Assembly: GCA_050287085.1 (NCBI GenBank)
Contig: JBNKBE010000015.1
Coordinates: 64,001 to 128,000 of the forward strand
DNA length: 64,000 nt
Direction: 5' to 3'
DNA from: Polyangiaceae bacterium
GTDB taxonomy: Bacteria > Myxococcota_A > Polyangia > Polyangiales > Polyangiaceae
The notes beneath the pieces were generated by a model, which saw only the letters and a list, made by a program, of their open reading frames with translations, did no database searches and was not told the DNA's origin. This document shows positions 60,662 through 64,000 of this stretch, piece by piece (the first letter of the stretch is position 1; the number at the start of each line of letters is the position of its first letter). Both the position numbers and the translations under genes were made by a program.

Positions 60662-61558
60662 CTAGCAGACCTGGGAGGACAACGGCCTGCCTCCTAGGTA
60701 GGTCAAGGCACGGTCCAACCACCGCCCCCAGGGGTAGGCCAGGAGCGTTAGAATGTAGATGTTCTGGCCGAAGTAGATGCTCAGACATAACTCTACTCCC
60801 AAATGCATGCCGATGAGAGCGGTCATCACGTATGGACGAGGCTTCTCATACCAAATGGCAACGCCCGCAAGCTCCGCCAGAAGTCCAAAAGTCAGAGCCA
60901 AGGTACCCACCCACGGTTTGCTCAGGACTAGCCGCTGGAGAAAATTGGGCTCAAACGCTCCGAACGACGACGTGACGTCGACTGAACGCTCCCCCACCCA
61001 CAGAGCCATATGTTCACCCATAGGCCACGACAGGCCGCTGGCCACCAACTTACACACCCCAGCGCTGGCGTAGCCCACGCCGTATAGGAAGAAGAGCAGG
61101 CCGAAGACGAATCGATACATCGAAGCAGACGTCCTGAACCGCCAGGCCCCCAGCGCCAGCGCCACGAGCGCGAGGCCGACGAAGTTCGATCCGTGCGAGA
61201 TTTCACCCAGCGAGTAGCGTGAAGCGTAGAGCAGATGAAGGGCCACGAGGGCCCCTGCGTAGCCGAAGCGCCAGACGCGGGTGAAGCCGAGTACGACAAA
61301 GAGGGTAAGCGCTGCGACGAGCCCGTAGGCAGGAACTGGCGCAAAGAACACCGTCAGGTCGAAGTAGTTCGCCAGCCCCAGTGGCAAGACCACGACCCGA
61401 TGGCGAAGCATGGTCTCGGCCCAAGTCCACCCAGCCTGGAGCGCCCACCCCCCAATGAGGAACTCAAAGAAGCGAAAGAACAGCAACTCTCCGCGAGTTG
61501 GCGTGCGCTCGTAGGGAAATAGGTTGGCCGCAAGCCCCTGGATCCAGCGCTCAAGCAT
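60662..61558 (-). CDS. HTTM-like polytopic membrane protein (vitamin-K-dependent carboxylase/SdpB-related)
   Basis: Multiple TMs, 'GEISH', 'Y..AG..KL...G..W..G', 'E......' and 'MHLG......I.F'. Confidence 0.7.
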   Translation of the reverse strand: MLERWIQGLAANLFPYERTPTRGELLFFRFFEFLIGGWALQAGWTWAETMLRHRVVVLPLGLANYFDLTVFFAPVPAYGLVAALTLFVVLGFTRVWRFGYAGALVALHLLYASRYSLGEISHGSNFVGLALVALALGAWRFRTSASMYRFVFGLLFFLYGVGYASAGVCKLVASGLSWPMGEHMALWVGERSVDVTSSFGAFEPNFLQRLVLSKPWVGTLALTFGLLAELAGVAIWYEKPRPYVMTALIGMHLGVELCLSIYFGQNIYILTLLAYPWGRWLDRALTYLGGRPLSSQVC

Positions 61559-62072
61559 CAGAATGGGCCTTCTTCAAAGCGGGATTGATTCGAGAGCTCT
61601 CCTGGCTCATGCGAACGAGGCCGGTGAGACCTATTTCTACGCCGCCGTTGTCCGATGATCGGCCATCTGCCGACAACAACATGAGCCGACGACCGCTCGC
61701 CAGCGGAGCCTCATACAATGCTCGCAGGGCGGACAAGCGCTCCTCGTTCCAAACACGGGTCAGCTGCACGAACTTCGACAGATCGTTCGTGTTGACTCCG
61801 ACCTCCCGCGTAGGAAGCGGTTTGCCGGGCAATGCCTGCAGCGACCACGGCCCCCAATCGAGGGGCGTCGCTGACGACGCGGAATCCTCATCGGGAGAAA
61901 GCTCCACCATCAGAGCTCGCCGCCACGGGCGCCCTGCACGGGAAAACATCGGGAAGATACTGAAGGGCCAGAACTCCCCCTGATGCGTGGCAACACTCAC
62001 GGTGTAAACAGCCAACACCCCCCCCAAGGTCAGCATCGAACGCCGGCGTAGATGGCCCCATTGCTCAGACAT
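61551..62072 (-). CDS. Membrane-anchored partner of the HTTM-like protein
   Basis: One N-terminal TM then 'GEFWPFSIFPMFS'. Stop overlaps the HTTM start. Confidence 0.7.
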   Translation of the reverse strand: MSEQWGHLRRRSMLTLGGVLAVYTVSVATHQGEFWPFSIFPMFSRAGRPWRRALMVELSPDEDSASSATPLDWGPWSLQALPGKPLPTREVGVNTNDLSKFVQLTRVWNEERLSALRALYEAPLASGRRLMLLSADGRSSDNGGVEIGLTGLVRMSQESSRINPALKKAHSDA

Positions 62073-62266
62073 CCGCCGCCGTATAGTCCCGGTCTGGGCA
62101 TGCGCAAGTGCGCGCGCCGTAGGCCGCAACCAAGTGGGCCTCCCACGCAGAAACTTCGCGGATATTGACCCGCTGCTCTGAACACTGAAGAGCGAAGCTG
62201 CATTATCGTTCCAGCCATGGCAGATTCGGCCCTGTGACATCACATGCCCACCCTGGATATCGTCGA

Positions 62267-63844
62267 ATGGCCTTGAAGCTCAGCCGGGTGTTTGGTGCGT
62301 GCGCGGCAGGCGATGGGCGGCATGTTTGGTCAGCCACGGCGCTCCTATGCGGCTTCGCTTGGCTTAGCACCGCCTGCTCGAGGGACGCGACGAGCTGCAC
62401 CACCGGCGAAGAGCGGTGCGCCTGCTTTGGGAATCAAACGTGCAACGTCGGGCTCGTATGCCTTTCTAATCGCTGCGTGTCCCGCTCTGACGCATCCGCC
62501 GACGCCAGCGCAGATCAAAGGCCAGACGCCAGGCGTCGTACCCAGCCGACCAAGATGGACGCCTCCGCTCCCACAGCCGACTCCTCCCCCGCGGACGACT
62601 CCGCTCCCACAGCCGACTCCTCCCCCGCGGACGACAACTCGCCACCCGACGACAACTCGCCACCCGACGACAACTCGCCACCCGACGACAACTCGCCGCC
62701 CGACGACGACGGTTGGACACATTTGCCCCCGCGAGCGCCCGACGCGCTCGCCGCGAGCACGGAATCCGTTCCCCCCTCAGAGGTCTGTGACCCCGTGATC
62801 GACACCGGTGCGTTATGCCGCGTTGAAGCATCGTGTGAAGCCCCTCCTTGCCTCGCACGCTTCGAATGGATGTGGGCTGAGGCGGCAGCCGACGGCGCAA
62901 CCAATACCCTCGTGCCCAACGATCTGAGCGGCGATGGGAGCACCCTGCTCGGCAATTTTCGCTCCGAAGGCAACACCACGGCTCGGCGCGGATTCGTCTG
63001 GCGCTGGGGCACCCAAGCGCTGACGGAACTGCCAGGGGTTACGGACAGCGCCGCCAACGCCATCAACCGCGACGGAACGGTCGCCGTCGGATATTCACTC
63101 GACTGTAGCGCGGCTGGCTGCGATAGCTCCCCGGTGCGCTGGAGCGGAGAGAGCGGAACCACCGTTGAGAACGCACCCAGCGACGCCTCTCCTTACGACA
63201 TCAGCGACGAACGAGCGGTCATTGGCTACCTGCGCTCTGGCGGGACCTTGCAGAGCGCGTTGTGGGGGATCGGAGCCGGCCTCCGCTTGATACCTGGCGT
63301 CGCCTGCAACGCACTCAGCGGTGATGGAACAGCGGCTGGATGCGGCGCAGATGACGGAGTCATGAAACACTGGAGCATGGCATCCGGCGTGCGTTCAATG
63401 CCAGCGCAAGGCGGATTTACCTCGAGCAATGCCAGCGCTATCAGCCACAACGGGCAGCTGGTTGGCGGCTGGGGCTGGAACGCACAGCAGCTCCAAGAAC
63501 AAGGCCTACTGTGGAACGCAAGCGGCAGTCAGGTGCGGGTGCTAGTAGGCGAGCCTGGCTATGGCTTTGCTCCGACTTGCGCGGGGGATGCTGGGGATGT
63601 CGTGCTAGGAGTCTCACGACCCCAGTCGGCATCTCCGGGACCCGATGAAAAAGCCCACGCCGTGTATTGGGATGTCGCCTTTGGCCGTCGAACTCTAGTC
63701 GAAGAACTCTTGGCTCGCGGGATCCGAGTCCCCGCGGACATCACCCTCGAAATCCCCCGATGTTCAGCAGACCTCCATACGCTGGTCGGCTCTGGGACAA
63801 AAGGTACTACGCCTATTATCTGGCGAGCGCAACTGAAGCCATAG
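62267..63844 (+). CDS. Lipoprotein with Cys-rich module, Asp/Pro/Ser repeats and HAF-like beta-propeller
   Basis: Lipobox STAC, 'C..GEE.C.C.....C..GL.C....C', repeated 'A.AIN.DG.V.VG' and 'S.DG...G'. Confidence 0.8.
   Translation: MALKLSRVFGACAAGDGRHVWSATALLCGFAWLSTACSRDATSCTTGEERCACFGNQTCNVGLVCLSNRCVSRSDASADASADQRPDARRRTQPTKMDASAPTADSSPADDSAPTADSSPADDNSPPDDNSPPDDNSPPDDNSPPDDDGWTHLPPRAPDALAASTESVPPSEVCDPVIDTGALCRVEASCEAPPCLARFEWMWAEAAADGATNTLVPNDLSGDGSTLLGNFRSEGNTTARRGFVWRWGTQALTELPGVTDSAANAINRDGTVAVGYSLDCSAAGCDSSPVRWSGESGTTVENAPSDASPYDISDERAVIGYLRSGGTLQSALWGIGAGLRLIPGVACNALSGDGTAAGCGADDGVMKHWSMASGVRSMPAQGGFTSSNASAISHNGQLVGGWGWNAQQLQEQGLLWNASGSQVRVLVGEPGYGFAPTCAGDAGDVVLGVSRPQSASPGPDEKAHAVYWDVAFGRRTLVEELLARGIRVPADITLEIPRCSADLHTLVGSGTKGTTPIIWRAQLKP
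62564..62707 (+). repeat. Compound coding tandem repeat: 2 x 36 bp (SAPTADSSPADD) + 4 x 18 bp (NSPPDD)
   Basis: Near-perfect nucleotide repeats read directly. Confidence 0.95.
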
Positions 63845-63913
63845 CCAGCGCCAGGCGAGGCTCGCATCTGAGGATCGCCCAACCCCAATGGGAGCGGTGA
63901 CCGTACGCCCCAT

Positions 63914-64000
63914 TCATTCATGCCGATGTTCCAGTAGCCAGGCGAATACGTCGTTTCCGGCGCTGAGGTCATAGGTCTTAGTCCACGCGTCGTGCTCGGT
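63914..64000 (-). CDS. C-terminus of a probable alpha/beta hydrolase (predicted peptidase/esterase), partial
   Basis: Own translation TEHDAWTKTYDLSAGNDVFAWLLEHRHE*, with an 'H..W...Y...WLL' pattern. Confidence 0.55.
   Translation of the reverse strand, partial: TEHDAWTKTYDLSAGNDVFAWLLEHRHE

Overview
GC-rich bacterial chromosomal window, most consistent with a myxobacterium of the Polyangiaceae/Sorangium type. The evidence is MYXO-CTERM tails, DUF4215 Cys repeats, a DUF1592/DUF1552 pair, PATAN and Roadblock proteins, and many lipoproteins with long Gly-rich tethers. All family calls come from motif recognition by eye, not database searches. The window has about 55 intact genes. These include housekeeping genes (pgm, sppA, ybaK), a dispersed plant-polysaccharide toolkit (two tandem GH16, a CE2 esterase, a CE1-like esterase, a Cip1-like protein, a GPH sugar symporter) and several small regulator/target pairs (LysR, AraC, LytS/LytTR). 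There are also many decayed accessory genes and an IS256 remnant nested in an IS66 remnant. The best candidate for an undescribed system is a tightly packed six-gene minus-strand operon at 22834-27383: PAS histidine kinase, Roadblock/LC7, REC-PATAN-TPR regulator, ParA/MinD ATPase, divergent Roadblock-like protein and an ODP-type di-iron oxygen-binding protein, with no MglA-type GTPase. Other leads are the DUF1592(CxxCH)/DUF1552(Tat)/Cip1 operon with a four-copy upstream repeat array, an HTTM (gamma-carboxylase-like) gene pair between two HAF-repeat lipoproteins, and a lipoprotein made of a tandemly duplicated unrecognised domain. No rRNA, tRNA or CRISPR array was seen.
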